Origin: Octopus vulgaris
Lineage: Eukaryota
Direction of reading: 5' to 3'
DNA: 64,000 nucleotides
Assembly (NCBI GenBank): GCA_951406725.2
Contig: OX597816.1
Location: 160,642,001 to 160,706,000, forward strand
This document shows, in pieces, positions 1 through 14,354 of this stretch. Position 1 is the first letter of the stretch. The number at the start of each line of letters is the position of its first letter. A program made the translations under genes and the position numbers. The notes under the pieces were generated by a model, which was not told where the DNA came from, did not search any database, and saw nothing but the letters and a program-made list of their open reading frames with translations.

Positions 1-16
1 GTGTGTGTGTGTGTGT

Positions 17-168
17 ATTCTCTCTTTATTTTCTTTCCTTGTTTCTTTCTGTGGAAGAGCGTAGGCTCGAAACGTTAAAGACATTTTCACTTCCCGAGCG
101 TTATACTAATACATCTGTTTGTTGTCTACACCACCTGTCTTCGTCTTTTTTTTCTGTGAATTCTCCCC
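17..168 (+). mobile_element. Short interspersed repeat (Penelope-like pLTR/retrozyme-type) carrying a hammerhead-like motif at 45-80
   Basis: cttt-ctgtggaa-gagc(gtag)gctc-gaaa-cgtt-aaag followed by a conserved ~90 bp tail ending at (TA)n. Homologous copies on - at ~7420-7505 (tail only), 16725-16900 and 57073-57240. Confidence 0.6.
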
Positions 169-493
<325 letters not shown>

Positions 494-1604
494 GCAAAAC
501 TCGGAGCAGTAAGAGACTGGCTCGACCAAGATAAAGATAAAATATGTTATCAATCTTTAGTGTGCCATTGGGTACGGTACTCTCTCCACCGACACAAAAC
601 GTCAAGGCGCGCGCACGCGCGCGAGTGAGTGCGCGCGCGTGCGTGCGTGTTTAGAACTGCTGTTAAAGCACCAATAAAACACGTTTCTAACAGATAGTGT
701 TAAATCGTGATAAACAAGGGCGGAGAACACCCAGAACAAATAAATGGATTTATAAATCAAAAAATCAAAAATCAAAAATAAAAATAAAGACAGCGCAAGT
801 AGAATCCCTCTTACCGTCCCGCCTGCCCCTGCCCCCCCCCTCGCCAACAGCAACAACAACAACAACAATAAAAAGCAGGTTATTCTTTTCTCTTAACCTG
901 CCCCCAAAATCATACAAAATATAACAATATGCAGCGTATTTTGAGAAAAATCTATTCTGTGATAACTGGAATGAGCATCTTAAATAGTGATTAAGCTTCA
1001 CGCTTGGTCATAAATTAGCTATTAATTTATTTCTGTCAAATCGAACCTCTAATTATTAATCACAGACAAAATGAATTTAAATTAAATAAAGAAACATTTC
1101 ATTCATTAACTTTTTTGTTTTTTTAGTTTTGTCTTATTCGCGCGCGTGTGTGTAGGTGTGTTTTATTCGTTATTCTTTATACAATTTTTTAGCATTTTCG
1201 TCAATCAGTCAGTCAGTCAGTCAGTCCTTCCGTTCTATATACCTCCCCCACTATCATTCTTTCAACCTTCTCTCTTTCAGTCTGTCTTTCTCCATCTTCG
1301 TTCGCTAATTCCTTCCATTCATCATGCATTCGTATCTTCATTCTATTGTTATTTACACTTTCATTCATTCCTCCTGTTTGTTTTTTCTCTTCGTTCGTTC
1401 ACACTTGTCCTTCTTTACAATCCTTTATTTCAATTCTATTCAGACTTTTAAGTTATTGTTCAAAAGATCTCTCTTACGTTACACACAACTGCATTGTGTC
1501 TAACAATACATACATTATTATATTATATACGTTCGCATCACATTTCTGCCGTATAATAATTTTAATTCGCTACATTACAGCATTCAAATTGCTGGGTGAT
1601 TATG

Positions 1605-1653
<49 letters not shown>

Positions 1654-1693
1654 AATGTGTGTATGTGTGCGTGTGCCTGTGTGTGTGCGTATG

Positions 1694-1831
<138 letters not shown>

Positions 1832-1976
1832 AAAAGCAATAAAGATTCAAGTCAATTTTAATGAATTTACTTGAATATGGTACCTAACTTAGATGCACCA
1901 AAAAACTATACGGTTTTAACAATACAGTAATGTGGGGTGATTATAAGCGAGAAAGAAGCAACAAGAATGGATAAGT

Positions 1977-2067
1977 TTTTAGTACAATCGTTTCATACAA
2001 AGACAGGCTTTATTAAAAGTTGCAAAAATTGCAGCATATAAACGTGTCCCGTACTCATCAGCTAAAA
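1977..2067 (-). ncRNA. Minimal type-I hammerhead ribozyme (canonical core)
   Basis: Minus strand reads UUUUAG CUGAUGA GUACGGGACA...UGUCUUUGUAU GAAA C-GAUU-G UA CUAAAA: 6-bp stem I, intact CUGAUGA/GAAA core, near-palindromic short stem III, GUA cleavage triplet. Confidence 0.8.
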
Positions 2068-2167
2068 TACATGTGAGTTCTCTAGACATCTTAGTGGTTG
2101 AGGCTATACTCATGAAGTAATGTAGATAATTAAGTAATGTAGATAATTAAGTATTACATAATCACTC

Positions 2168-2245
2168 TGCAAAATCTGTAGTGAGACCTATCTTTATCGA
2201 TGTACCCAATGTGAACCAGACCGATGGGTCGAAACATATGTTGTA
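2168..2245 (+). ncRNA. Degenerate or variant hammerhead-like motif
   Basis: CUGUAGUGA, stem II GACCUAUC/GAUGGGUC, GAAA, palindromic CAUAUG, followed by AATAAA; core is non-canonical. Confidence 0.4.
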
Positions 2246-2314
2246 CCCAATAAAGGTTTAATACCGAATTCATCTCCTGTTAATTAATATTATATATTCT
2301 TTTATTCCTTTATT

Positions 2315-2690
2315 CTTTTATTTGTTTCAGTCATTTGACTGCGGCCATGCTGAAGAAACCGCCTTTAGTCGAGCAAATCGACCCCAGGACTTATTCTTTG
2401 TAAGCCTAGTACTTATTCTATCAGACTCTCTGGTCGAACCGCTAAGTGACGGGGACGTAAACACTCCAGCATCGGTTGTCAAGCGATGCTGGGGTGACAA
2501 ACACAGACACACACACACACATATATACGACGGGTTTCTTTCAGTTTCCGTCTACCAAATCCACTCAGAAGGCTTGGGTGGGCCCGAGGCTATAATAGAA
2601 GACACTTGCCCAAGGTACCACGCAGTGGGACTGAACCCAGAACCATGTGGTTGGTTAGCAAGCTATTTATCACACAGCCACTCCTGCGCT
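2315..2690 (-). mobile_element. tRNA-derived SINE, family A (octopus OR/CORE-type)
   Basis: Minus-strand head with A-box (TGGCTGTGTGAT here; TGGCTGTGTGGT in most copies) and B-box (GGTTCAGTCCC), CORE-like ACCTTGGGCAAGTGTCTT, internal (CA/TA)n, tail ...TGACTGAAACAA; about 20 copies in the window. Confidence 0.9.
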
Positions 2691-2960
2691 TACACACACA
2701 CACAAACTCATTTTTGTTGACTTAGGAGAGTCATTCCAGCAATAATAATAACATACGCACGCCCAGTGTGTGTGTTATTATTATTGGTGCGATGGCCCTC
2801 CCAAGACACCATAAGATTTGTTTCAACACACGAATTTATATCAAGAATCTTGCAAATCAAATACAAATATGATGTAATAAATACACATTCATGCAGCTAG
2901 CTACCTACCTTACAAGCTAACTACCTTGCTAGCTAGCTAGATAGATAGATATATATATAT

Positions 2961-3035
<75 letters not shown>

Positions 3036-3407
3036 TATACATACATACATACATACATACATACATACATACATACATACATACTCACTTATTAGCTTCC
3101 ATCTTACATATATGTAGTTCTTTACAATAGCTGTGGATCCCCCCTCTCATTACCCCCTTGGTACATCCACACCCTTTTACCCTACACTAAACACTATGTC
3201 CAATCTTTTCTCGCAAGAACATCGCGCCTGGAATCTCCTTTTCGCGTGTGTTTTTCCAGCTTCTGTTGACCTGTTGCAGTTGAAACAGAAATACCAACGA
3301 GACAAAACTCACTAGTCTCTGCAAGATCCGCAAGTGTCAGGGTTTCTGCCCCTTCCTCGAAAATCAGCAAAATTAAACATATATCTATATTCTTTTATTC
3401 TTTTATT

Positions 3408-3570
3408 CTTTTACTTGTTTCAGTCTTTTGACTGCGGCCATGCTGGAGCACCGACTTTAGTCAAACGAATCGACCCGAGGTCTTATCCTTTGTAAGCCCA
3501 GTACTAATTCTATCGGTCTCCTTTTGCCGAACCGTTACAGGGACGTAAATACACCAATATCGGCTGTTTT
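3408..3570 (-). mobile_element. SINE family A, 3' half
   Basis: Matches the tail/body of 2315-2480. Confidence 0.85.
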
Positions 3571-4094
3571 TGATTTTGTCGACTATACAGTATAGTAGAG
3601 TCAGTTGGGTACCGTCTGTGAGAATAACAGCCCCATGACGCAATTCGCCCTGCAAGAAATTTGGAAACGACATGCTGCACTGCTTGGCATTCGCACCGGA
3701 AGCGCCAATACGAACATTTCAGAGTGTTTGGGTGTTTAAATATGTGAAATCTCTCTTCTGTCATCAGCATAGTATAACACATTGTACATACTTGTAAACA
3801 CCTATACATACCCATACGAATAACACGTATTTACAAGCGTACATTACAAATGTTCACAAAAATATACAAGTTAAATCTAATTCATTCGTCTCAACCATGT
3901 GCGTGTACGGCCAAAAATAATATCGGTGTGAATATATTGGTCGGAGTAATTTATATTTATATATAATCAAGGAGAATATCTTTTTGCCGAACTGCTAGGT
4001 AAAGGGGACGCTAAAATCGTCTTCGCCTCTATAGGATGTCATACAACAATTAAGACCAGCTCCACACGAGAAAGATACACACGGACGGACGCAT

Positions 4095-4150
<56 letters not shown>

Positions 4151-4923
4151 CAATATATATGTGTGTGAGTAACGAACAAATGAAAGAATACTCAATACCA
4201 TAAAATATAGTATGTCGTTTAGCCCCAGGTAAGCACCCTGACCGAGTAGACCTATGACCAAAGACATTCCGATCATGATCATCTGTTTTTCACATATGTA
4301 GCGAGCTCAGGCCCACATCATTCAATGTTTTCATTTCTAAGACCGTGGAATGTGAATCGAGAGAACTTTGTTAATTGAGCTAGCAGTTCAATTAACCACA
4401 TAGAGGTTCTTTCGTAAGCTGTAGAGTACGAGGGATTTTGTTTGATCAGCTGTAGCAACTCGGGCGGATCTTGTTAATTTCCCTTTACAAAATATTACGG
4501 TTCTTCAGCCCACCATATTGAAACAGAAAATCATAACAAGGAGATGAATTTACGATCCGACTGATAAAAGCTTCCCACCTTATTATCTTATAGCAAGATA
4601 ATAGGAGAAAGCTTTCTTTTCTGGTATCAGCTAATGTTTCGTTTCACTCTCGCCTATATACATGTATTATTTAGCAATGGATCGAGAGTTGCATTTTCCT
4701 TAGGACAAGGACGGTCGCAGACAAAAAATAATGACTATAGAGAAAAAAAAAAAGCATTGAATTACAAAGGTAAGTTCTCAGGGAATACATCACGAAAGAA
4801 ATAATTGAAAAGGAAACAAGAAAGACGGAGAGGTTCCAGACAGCTGTCACAGGGCAAACAATCAAACTAGAGGAGTTAAATTATTGATGTCATATTTTTT
4901 CGCTGTCTGTAGTTTATTTAGGG

Positions 4924-5291
4924 CAGTGGTTCTCAATTGGGATCCATATGACCCTTGCTGGGGCGTATAAGACTTTTAAGGGTCTGCACAAACAGAATAA
5001 TAAATTGGGGAACCACAATAGCAGTTTAAGGGTCCATGAAAAATATTTTGCTTCAGATGTATTTCTTTCTCTAACGTTTTACATCGTTCACCATGTTTCC
5101 AGCCACTGAAACATGTTCTCTCAGAGAGTATTACTGCAAACCTACACAAGTTAATGTGTGAAAAACAAAATAGGAATTTCGAAAGAAGTATCTATAAAAC
5201 TAATTTTTAAACATTGAATGGCTATAGTGATCCACCAGAATAAAATAGGAATCAAAAGGATTCATAGATGAAAAATGGTTGACAACCACTG
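4924..5291. mobile_element. hAT (Charlie-like) MITE
   Basis: TIRs CAGTGGTTCTCAA / TTGACAACCACTG; degenerate 8-bp TSD atttaggg / ttttatgg with central TA; no ORF. Confidence 0.75.
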
Positions 5292-6670
5292 TTTTATGGG
5301 TTCGGTCGAGGACAGGAGTTGACCAATATATTAATACGGTAAGCGTTCTACTTGAATTCAGAATTTCAGAATCAGTATAAGCACATTATTGAATAACATA
5401 ACGTAAGGAAGAGTTATTCAATAACGTAGTGCTAAAGCCAGTTTATAGCTGTCGCTCACAAGCGAGTATAACTTGATAGCATGGACAAGGCTTTCGCTAA
5501 TTATTTTAGCTGCCGATATTGTCGCGAGTAAATATTGATAGACATTATCTCAGCTTTTCTGCTCTTTGATGTAATGGAACATCAAAATTATAACAGTTGG
5601 AACGAGAGGGAAATGATTCGTCTCTAGGCTGGTATTCATTTTTATCTGAGTATTACGAAGCAACGCACTACTCTGTTCAAGAATCAAATTCACAACCATA
5701 TAATTTTGAGCTCAACTTTATGATTATGAGCTGACCACTAGGCTGCGGCGTATTCATTGCTGGTATTACTTCGTAATTAATCCATAATTCATAATTTTTT
5801 ACTAGAGAACAGGGCTCGTCTGGCCATCTTTTCGCACTAAACACAGGTATGTGAGCCTGCTTTGTTAACCGAAGTTGATATTTAGAGTGGTGGATGCATG
5901 CCTGCACAATAAATGTATCGGGCTGATCAACGAAATTCATCAAGTCCATCGCTCAGACCTTTGCCATTCGATATGCAATTGTGACCAGAGCAAGTAGGGG
6001 TGCAGAGGCAGCATTTTGGTGCGTATTTGGTTCATCTCAGCTGGATTCGAACCTTTGATGCTATGATGATTATGAAACCTAGTTAGGATATTTAGTAGAA
6101 ATTCTGTCTGTGAACCTGACGGAATGCTGATAATTCTCGGTGCAAATCAAAAACAAAAAATAACATATTAGAGAACACAGTTGGATTTCAAATGCGCAGA
6201 GATGGGGTGGAAGATTAATTCTGTATCCTATTATTCCGCTTGAAGAATTGAGGCTTATAATATTTGCGTCACCCCTTGACTGCACATGCACCAGCCTGTA
6301 ACGGCGCCTTATAGTTAGACGGGATAAATTTCCTGTTAGCAGATTTGTTCAATATAAACTAGGTAAATCTCTCTGGGGAAGAGCGGAAAAGTATACTTAA
6401 ATGGGTACGGGAGAAAAAGAGGTGGAATTTGGAAAAGAGGAAAAGAAAGAGAAGAGAAAGGAATTAAAAAAAAGAGGAGAGAAAAGAAAGAAAAAGAACG
6501 AGAGGTAGGAGAGATGGGGTTGGACAGGATGCAGAGAAGAAGGGTAGAAAATGAAGAGGTAGAGTGCGAACGCGGGGGTATTGACATTTCAGGGTGGCAT
6601 TCCGGAGTGGGGAGTCTCAGATATTTTACTGGTTTCCCGCTGGAATGTATCCAGGATAGTAAAGTACATA

Positions 6671-6744
<74 letters not shown>

Positions 6745-6749
6745 TCATT

Positions 6750-7026
6750 CTTTTATGTGTTTCAGTCATTGGACTGAGGCAATGCTGGAGCACCATCTTG
6801 CAGAACTCTTTTAGTCGAACAAATTGACCTCCACACAGTATTTATTTTTTAAGCCCGGTACTATGTCAGCGGTCTCTTTTGTTAAACCGCTAGCTTACGG
6901 AGATGTAAACAAACCGACACCGGTTGTCAAGCGTTGGTGCGGGACAAACACAGACACAAAGACACACACAGATGCATACATACATACATACATACATACA
7001 TACATACATACATACATACATACATG

Positions 7027-7093
<67 letters not shown>

Positions 7094-7253
7094 GATGGGC
7101 TTCTTTCAGTTTTCACCTACCAAATCCACTCACAAGGCTTTGATCGACCCGAGGCTATAGTAGAAGACATTTTCCCAAGGTGCCACGCAGTCAGACTGAA
7201 CCCGAACGATGATTTTGGGAAGCAAGCTTCTTACCATACAACCATACCTGCGA
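6750..7253 (-). mobile_element. SINE family A with expanded internal microsatellite
   Basis: Both halves homologous to 2315-2690, separated by (CATA)n(TA)n. Confidence 0.9.
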
Positions 7254-7256
7254 CTA

Positions 7257-7422
<166 letters not shown>

Positions 7423-7623
7423 GGAGGCTTTATGAAAATAAACAAAAGACGAAGGCAGGTGGAAAACAAACGAACAATTGTATTAGTATGGCGCTCAGGA
7501 AATATATACACACATACACACACACCTAAGTAATATTCTCAGAAATCACACAGTTATTTTGCAAGCTATAAAATTGCTTGAGATTTATATTTTTTCGCCA
7601 TTCTACCAATTCTGGCAACTTAT

Positions 7624-7685
<62 letters not shown>

Positions 7686-8334
7686 GTGTGTGTGTGTGAG
7701 TACGTGATATGTACTTTACTTGCATTAATATTGCAAGAGTTTTAGATTTTTTCACCAAAACCATCGATAAAACGAAGACATAACACCAACTTGTATGACG
7801 TTGTTGCTGCTTTTGTTGTTTGACCTTAGATCAGTATTGATTTAGCAGGCCAATGATCAGAGATATTAAACACACGTGACTACTTTTTTTTTTTGGTTGT
7901 TTGTTTTTGTTTTGTTTTTTTTTCTTCTTTTGGTTCATTTTTGTAAATGGAGGACTACATTAAACTATGTGTTGTTCACATTTTGAAAACGATGAGAAAG
8001 CGGGCAAAGATATATCGAGCAAAAGCATGTGAATATAACTAACAAAGTATATCTGAAAGGAAGTGAAGAAGAGAAAAAAGGTTAAAACAATAAGAAAACG
8101 GGGAAATAAATAACCAAGTAAAAAGGTTTTTTGAAAGTGATATTGTATTACAGGGTGCAGATGTTACAAGTAGCCTATATTTACTCTGTTCCTTCTTGAC
8201 GAGAGCCATATAAGCATTGCTAGTATTTATAAAATGAGCTGTGTGTCTATAAAAGTTGTCTGTTCTCAATGTAGCCGTCTTCTGCATTCCGTTTTTGATC
8301 AATTCTTTGCAAAGGAAATTCGGTAGGGCCATAT

Positions 8335-8429
<95 letters not shown>

Positions 8430-8446
8430 CGTGTGTGTGTATGTAA

Positions 8447-8498
<52 letters not shown>

Positions 8499-8590
8499 AT
8501 AAGATCGTTAAATTAAAAATAAAATAACGATTTTATCAAGTGGTCAGCATGGAAAAAATAACCTTCAAAGGTAATAATTTTTAAAATTTT

Positions 8591-8642
<52 letters not shown>

Positions 8643-8679
8643 CATATATATTCTTTTACTTGTTTCAGTCATTTGACAT

Positions 8680-8778
<99 letters not shown>

Positions 8779-8797
8779 CATATAAATATATATGTAC

Positions 8798-8871
<74 letters not shown>

Positions 8872-9530
8872 TGTCACAGATAACATATTTTTGTATTTCT
8901 ACATGATAAGCGAATCCATTTGTAATAGACCATATGTCAAGCTCAATACTTGACTCGTGTTAAAACAGTCAGAACGTAACTCTTCTTCAATATAATTTTC
9001 ATTGGACGTATCCTAGTCTCAACTAACTTTTTTTATTTTCTCCAGGCATATCTTTCATAGGTTCACATTTGTCCATAACAACTCCGTTTTCTTGGTTCAC
9101 AAATTCACAAAACTGAGATCTTCAACGTATTGTCTAAAATCTTTGTTCTTATTTTATTTTTATTTTTTTTGAAACAGAATCTCAAAAAATTTTCTGCAAG
9201 AAGTATATCATAAAATTAGTCCTTCTAGTAAGACTGTCTACTGTCTCTCATTCTTATTTTTACTTTCTTTCTTTCTTGCTTTATCTTTTTTTTTTTTTTA
9301 CGTTTGCTTGCTTTGCTTTTCTCTTTGTCATTTTCTGCCGTTTCTACCATCTTTATTTGCGACGATACACTCTAAACAAATGTTTTTTAAAGCATAACGT
9401 GTCAAGTTTGGATCTAAAAGACACAGTAAGTATATGCTATACGATGAAATCGTGGCCCTCCTGGTTACAACGTGAATGCAGCCTTTCATTCCAACCTGAA
9501 TCAAGTCTACGTAAATACACTTTACACCTA

Positions 9531-10801
9531 CAGGGTGTCCCAGAAAGATTTACTCGTTGATATTCCTTAATTATTCGAAATAAACTTAAGGTAGAATAAT
9601 GAAATTTGGCACACATATCTAATGTAAAGTGTCAATCCATTGCAGTAATTACAATTCAAAATGACCACATTTCACCTTGATCATAGCTTGTAAACGAGTG
9701 GTCACTGAGTTGCATGAGCACCGTACCACCTCTTCATCCATCTTGACCCATGAAGACAGAAATGCCTTCTTCAGATCTGATACATTTGAATAAGAGCGAG
9801 CAGAAACATTACACTCTAAGATGGACCAGATAGCAAAGTCCATGGGATTGATGTCTGGACCTAAGGGAGGCCATATCATCTTGACCCAAAAAACGCTGAA
9901 ATGCTCTTTGTACAACCTCTGAGTCAAATTGGATGTGTGGGCCGGAGCTCCGTCTTGAGTGGAGATTTAACGGTCACCAAAGGTTTCTGTGACTCAGGGT
10001 GGCACATTCTCATCCAACATTTCCTCATAAACTTCACTGTTGATCTTGACACCAGCATCAATGAAGATCAAAGGAGACTTGTACCCATCAGGTACAACTG
10101 CGGCCCACACCATGTGTGAAGCTGGCTTCTGTAAATGCCTTCTGTAAATGCCTCCTGCATTACGTGCATAAAGTCTCTCAATTCCGCCTTGTTGGTGACT
10201 GCCAAGATCTCGTCGGACCAGATCAATACTTTGTTAGCGGTGCACTTCAACTCAGCTGACATGGGTTTACCCCTATGGAGCCGATTTTCCTTGGAAGTTG
10301 CTGAAACTAATTGTCGGGGTTGTTTCTTGTATGCACTTGGCTTTAAATCCTCTTTAAGAATCCTGTGATTTGATGATTTCGAAATATCAAGAGCTTTTGC
10401 AATTTTTCTTGCACTCCAGCGGGAATTTCGGTTCATTCGTTTCTTCACAGCTTCAACAGTTTGTTTGCTACGAATTGATAATTTCCTTCCGAGAATTGGC
10501 TTACTAGATGCAGTAACAAACTCAATGTATCGTTTCCAGGTATTGAACACTATTTTACGGCACACGTCAAACTGTTTTATTATGTGCTTGTTGCTCGCTC
10601 CAGCTATTTTCAAAGCGCCAATCTGGCCACGTTTTGCTTTCGATACCATGTTTGTTTACAAACCAGTTATAGACAAACGAAACTATAGACACATGAACAA
10701 AAGACATATGTCAATCTTTATGCAAAATGTAGATAATATTACCTGAACCGATATTCTTTAGGAAACGTTTTAAACATGGGTAAATCTTTCTGGGACACCC
10801 T
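9531..10801 (-). mobile_element. Tc1/mariner DNA transposon, DD37D (maT) type, full-length but inactivated
   Basis: 22-bp TIRs CAGGGTGTCCCAGAAAGATTTAC / GTAAATCTTTCTGGGACACCCT, TA on both flanks, ~1.27 kb. Transposase on - has an HTH N-terminus, WSDE, and QDGAPAH...WPPLGPDINPMD with 37 residues between the 2nd and 3rd catalytic D. Confidence 0.92.
9649..10649 (-). pseudogene. Frameshifted DD37D transposase
   Basis: ORF pieces 10068-10649 and 9649-9927 lie in different frames and together give HTH + DDD domains. Confidence 0.88.
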
Positions 10802-11169
10802 TAATACATTTTTTCATACACTCTTCTGCAGTTTTTCTTTACGTCTACCAATATAGCCAATGAATATAAAAACAAAAGGAAAATGGAATTTTTCCATTCA
10901 CTAATTTGGGAGCTGAAAATTTTTTTGGCAGCATGTATTTCCATCATTCAATGCTGATTAAATTTTCTTGCAATCATCGCGACGAAGGGCACCGCCACGA
11001 AGCCAATTTTCAGTTCCTAATAGCGAGTAAGTTAAATTAGGAAGCAAACAAGCGCTTAAGGATTTGCATTTGCACTCTTTTTTAGTATCATTGTATGTTA
11101 ATAAAATCTTTTATATTAAAAAGCCCTACCCCTTGGCGTTCAGGGAATTCTGTGTTTACTCTTTTTACT

Positions 11170-11283
11170 CTCTTTTACTTGTTTCAGTCATTTGACTGCG
11201 GCCATGCTGGAGCACCGCCTTTGCTATAATCCCGGAACAATGTGATTGGTAAGCAAGCTACTTACCATACAGTCACTCCTAGG

Positions 11284-11285
<2 letters not shown>
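11170..11285 (-). mobile_element. Internally deleted SINE family A
   Basis: Tail segment joined directly to head segment. Confidence 0.75.
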
Positions 11286-11316
<31 letters not shown>

Positions 11317-11320
<4 letters not shown>

Positions 11321-11793
11321 TTGTCATGGGTCAAGAGGGTGGCTGCTGGAAGACTCCAAGTCTGGCAACAGGTCTCTGCACCATTACACACAAGCAGGAG
11401 AACCCAGTCATTGCTGTCATGCAATTTCTGCGACCACATCACCCCTAAGATCTGGCCGTCTAACTCCTCAGACTGTAACCCCGTTGATTATTATGTGTGG
11501 GGCACAGTTGAACGAGAGACCTACAAAGCTCCTTGTAACACCAAAGATGAACTGAAGGCAAGGATTATGGCAGCATTCACCAACTTAAACAAGGAGACCG
11601 TCCAGAAGAGTTGCAGGAGATTCCAAAGTCGTCTGGAGGTCGTGGTTGAAGTCAATGGCGATTTTATTGAATAAATTTAAGATTTAGCATTTGAAGATAT
11701 TTTTATGTAATTTTGGTAAATATATCTGTTAAAACGAGATGTTGGTGTTATTTTCATTTTTGCGTAATTTAGATAATATATTCACCGCACCCT
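11317..11793 (+). mobile_element. 3' fragment of a second DD37D Tc1/mariner family
   Basis: WQQ(D>V)SAPLHTS...WPSNSSDCNPVDYYVWG...RLEVVVEVNGDFIE* (37-residue spacing), ending in a TIR-like ATATTCACCGCACCCT. Confidence 0.85.
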
Positions 11794-11795
11794 CT

Positions 11796-11883
<88 letters not shown>

Positions 11884-11888
11884 ATATA

Positions 11889-12294
11889 TGACAGGCTTCT
11901 TTCCATTTCTGCATACAAAACCCAGTCACAAGCCTTGGGCCAGCTCGGATCTATAGAAGACATTTGCTTAAGATGCCACTTAATGAAACTGAACCCGGAA
12001 CTATGTGGTTGGGAAACAAGCGTCTTACTACACATCTATGGTTGCGCCTACACATACATACAAACATGCATATATGCATACATCCATGTATATACATGTA
12101 TGTATATATACATGTGTGTGTGTGCGTATATGCGTGTGTGTGTGCGCGCGCGCTTGCGTGTGTGTGTGCGCGCGCGCTTGCGTGTGTGTGTGTGGTAAGA
12201 AGCTTGCTTCCCAACCAGATAGTTCCGGGTTCAGTCTCGCTGCGTAGCACCTTGAGCAAGTGTCTTCTACTATAGCCTCGGGCTGACCAAAGCC

Positions 12295-12342
<48 letters not shown>

Positions 12343-12540
12343 TTGCCCCTCCCTCCCTATTACTGACAACCGATGCTGGTGTGTTAATGTTCACGTAACT
12401 TAGCGGTTCGGCAAAATAGACCGATAGAATTAGTACTAGGCTTACAAAGAATAAGTCCTGGGTCGATTTGTTCGACGAAAAAGGCGATGCTCCAGCATGG
12501 CCGCAGTCAAATGACTGAAACATGTAAAAGAGTAAAAGAA
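11889..12540. mobile_element. Two SINE family A copies head-to-head (11889-12049 on -, 12190-12540 on +)
   Basis: Homology to the family A consensus in opposite orientations. Confidence 0.85.
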
Positions 12541-12545
12541 TTAAG

Positions 12546-12576
<31 letters not shown>

Positions 12577-13818
12577 CATACACACACACACACACACACA
12601 CATGCACATCACACACTCACACATACACACAAACATTTATAACGTGTATACGTAGGTTCTGATATGTCACACGTTTGTGCTGGTGGAATAATTAACTGGA
12701 ATCTGAAGAGCGCAATTGTCACATTTTAATCTGTTTCAATGTTGCATATAATTGAAGTTGACCGATAATTCCAATGAAATCTTGTTTTATGAGAGTTAAA
12801 ACATGCATCCCACTAACCTATTTTGCCGCAGCATTTTTATCTCAGCCATCCCAGACAATTTTTCGCTAATTCTCGTAAATTATTTGCTAAAAATTGCATC
12901 TTGTTTTTAGATAACGCAAGCATTTTTTGAAGAAATTAAGGAAGCACAGTATAATGGGAGACACCCGGGCATAGACCGTGCAACGGAAGCTCGTGTTCGC
13001 ATAACATCAAGTCTATTTTTCCTGTGTTTGGGTGTCTCCTGTGCTCGCAGCTAATGCATTGTGAGGACCTCTCGACTCTGACACTCAAATGAAATTCCTT
13101 TCACGCAAGCACACACACACACACAAACACACAACCATGTACGCACGCGCACACGTGCCCCCCCCCCCCCCTCAGCATTTGTATCATTCATATGCAGAGA
13201 AAGAGTGAGATAGAGTGTGGCAAATATATATAGAAAGAGGAGAAGTCTACGACGAGAAAAGTGTGAAAGAGAGAGAGACAGATAGAGATAGGGGCTGTTT
13301 TCTGTTTCTGTCACAAATTTTGAAATTTTTAAATTAAAAGAAAGTTTGCAAATTTGGTATATTGATGTAATTTTTCACGTTGAATCCAATTTTGTGATTA
13401 ATTTATTCTAGAAAAATTCGAGAAAAATGATACAGATGTTAAAGTTTGATACTTTTACCTAATTAGAAAACAGGATTTAAAAGCTACAATTTTCTGCGTG
13501 ATAGCTGTCTATCACAAAATGAAAGTAAGCATATTATAGAGACAAAGTTTTAAACAAAATGGAAGCAAAACAAGACCTGTCAAAAGGACGGGTGACCCAA
13601 GTGTAGGATCAATGGCTATCTAATAATAGCACGGGCCCTCAGGATTTCTGAGTTTCTCAGCTTTTGATATAAAACTAGAAATGCAGCGAATAGCATTGAA
13701 GAGTTTGGGGCTCTTTTGCTTGTACATGAGATCATGACGCTTATATTGGTACTGTTGGATCAAGAGAGAAAGAGAGAAAGAGAGAGAGAGTGAGAGAGTA
13801 TGTGGTAAATATATATAT

Positions 13819-13928
13819 CACGTGACCGACCAAGCTATCAGATGTCGCTACACATCGCTGGTCACAATGCGCTTCGCATTGTTTTAGCCTTCAAATGATG
13901 CCACCCCGCTGGCTAAGCGAGCAGGTCA
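13819..13928 (-). mobile_element. Probable LINE (RTE-type) 3' tail fragment
   Basis: GC-balanced ~110 bp island between TA runs that resembles RTE-type 3' ends; family assignment is from recall only. Confidence 0.4.
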
Positions 13929-13964
13929 TATATATATCTCTTTTACTCTTTTTTTACTCTTTTA

Positions 13965-14354
13965 CTTGTTTCAGTCATTTGACTGCGGCCATGCTGGAGC
14001 ACCGCCTTTAGTCGAGCAAATCAACCCCGGGACTTATTCTTTGTAAGCCCAGTACTTATTCTATCGGTCTCTTTTGCCGAACCGCTAAGTGACGGGGACG
14101 TAAACACGCCAGCATCGGTTGTCAAGCAATGCTAGGGGGACAGACACACAAACACACACACATACAAATACATATATATATATATACATATATACGACAG
14201 GCTTCTTTCAGTTTCCGTCTACCAAATCCACTCACAAGGCATTGGTCGGCCCGGGGCTATAGCAGAAAACACTTGCCCAAGATGCCACGCAGTGGACTGA
14301 ACCCGGAACCATGTGGTTGGTTAGCAAGCTACTTACCACACAGCCACTCCTGCG

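Noticed and set aside
600-850. CpG/GC-rich patches as a promoter
   Set aside because: They consist mainly of (GC)n/(GT)n and poly-C simple repeats, with no supporting gene structure.
2315-2690. tRNA-like A/B boxes in SINE heads as tRNA genes
   Set aside because: No cloverleaf is visible, and the boxes are embedded in multi-copy SINE bodies.
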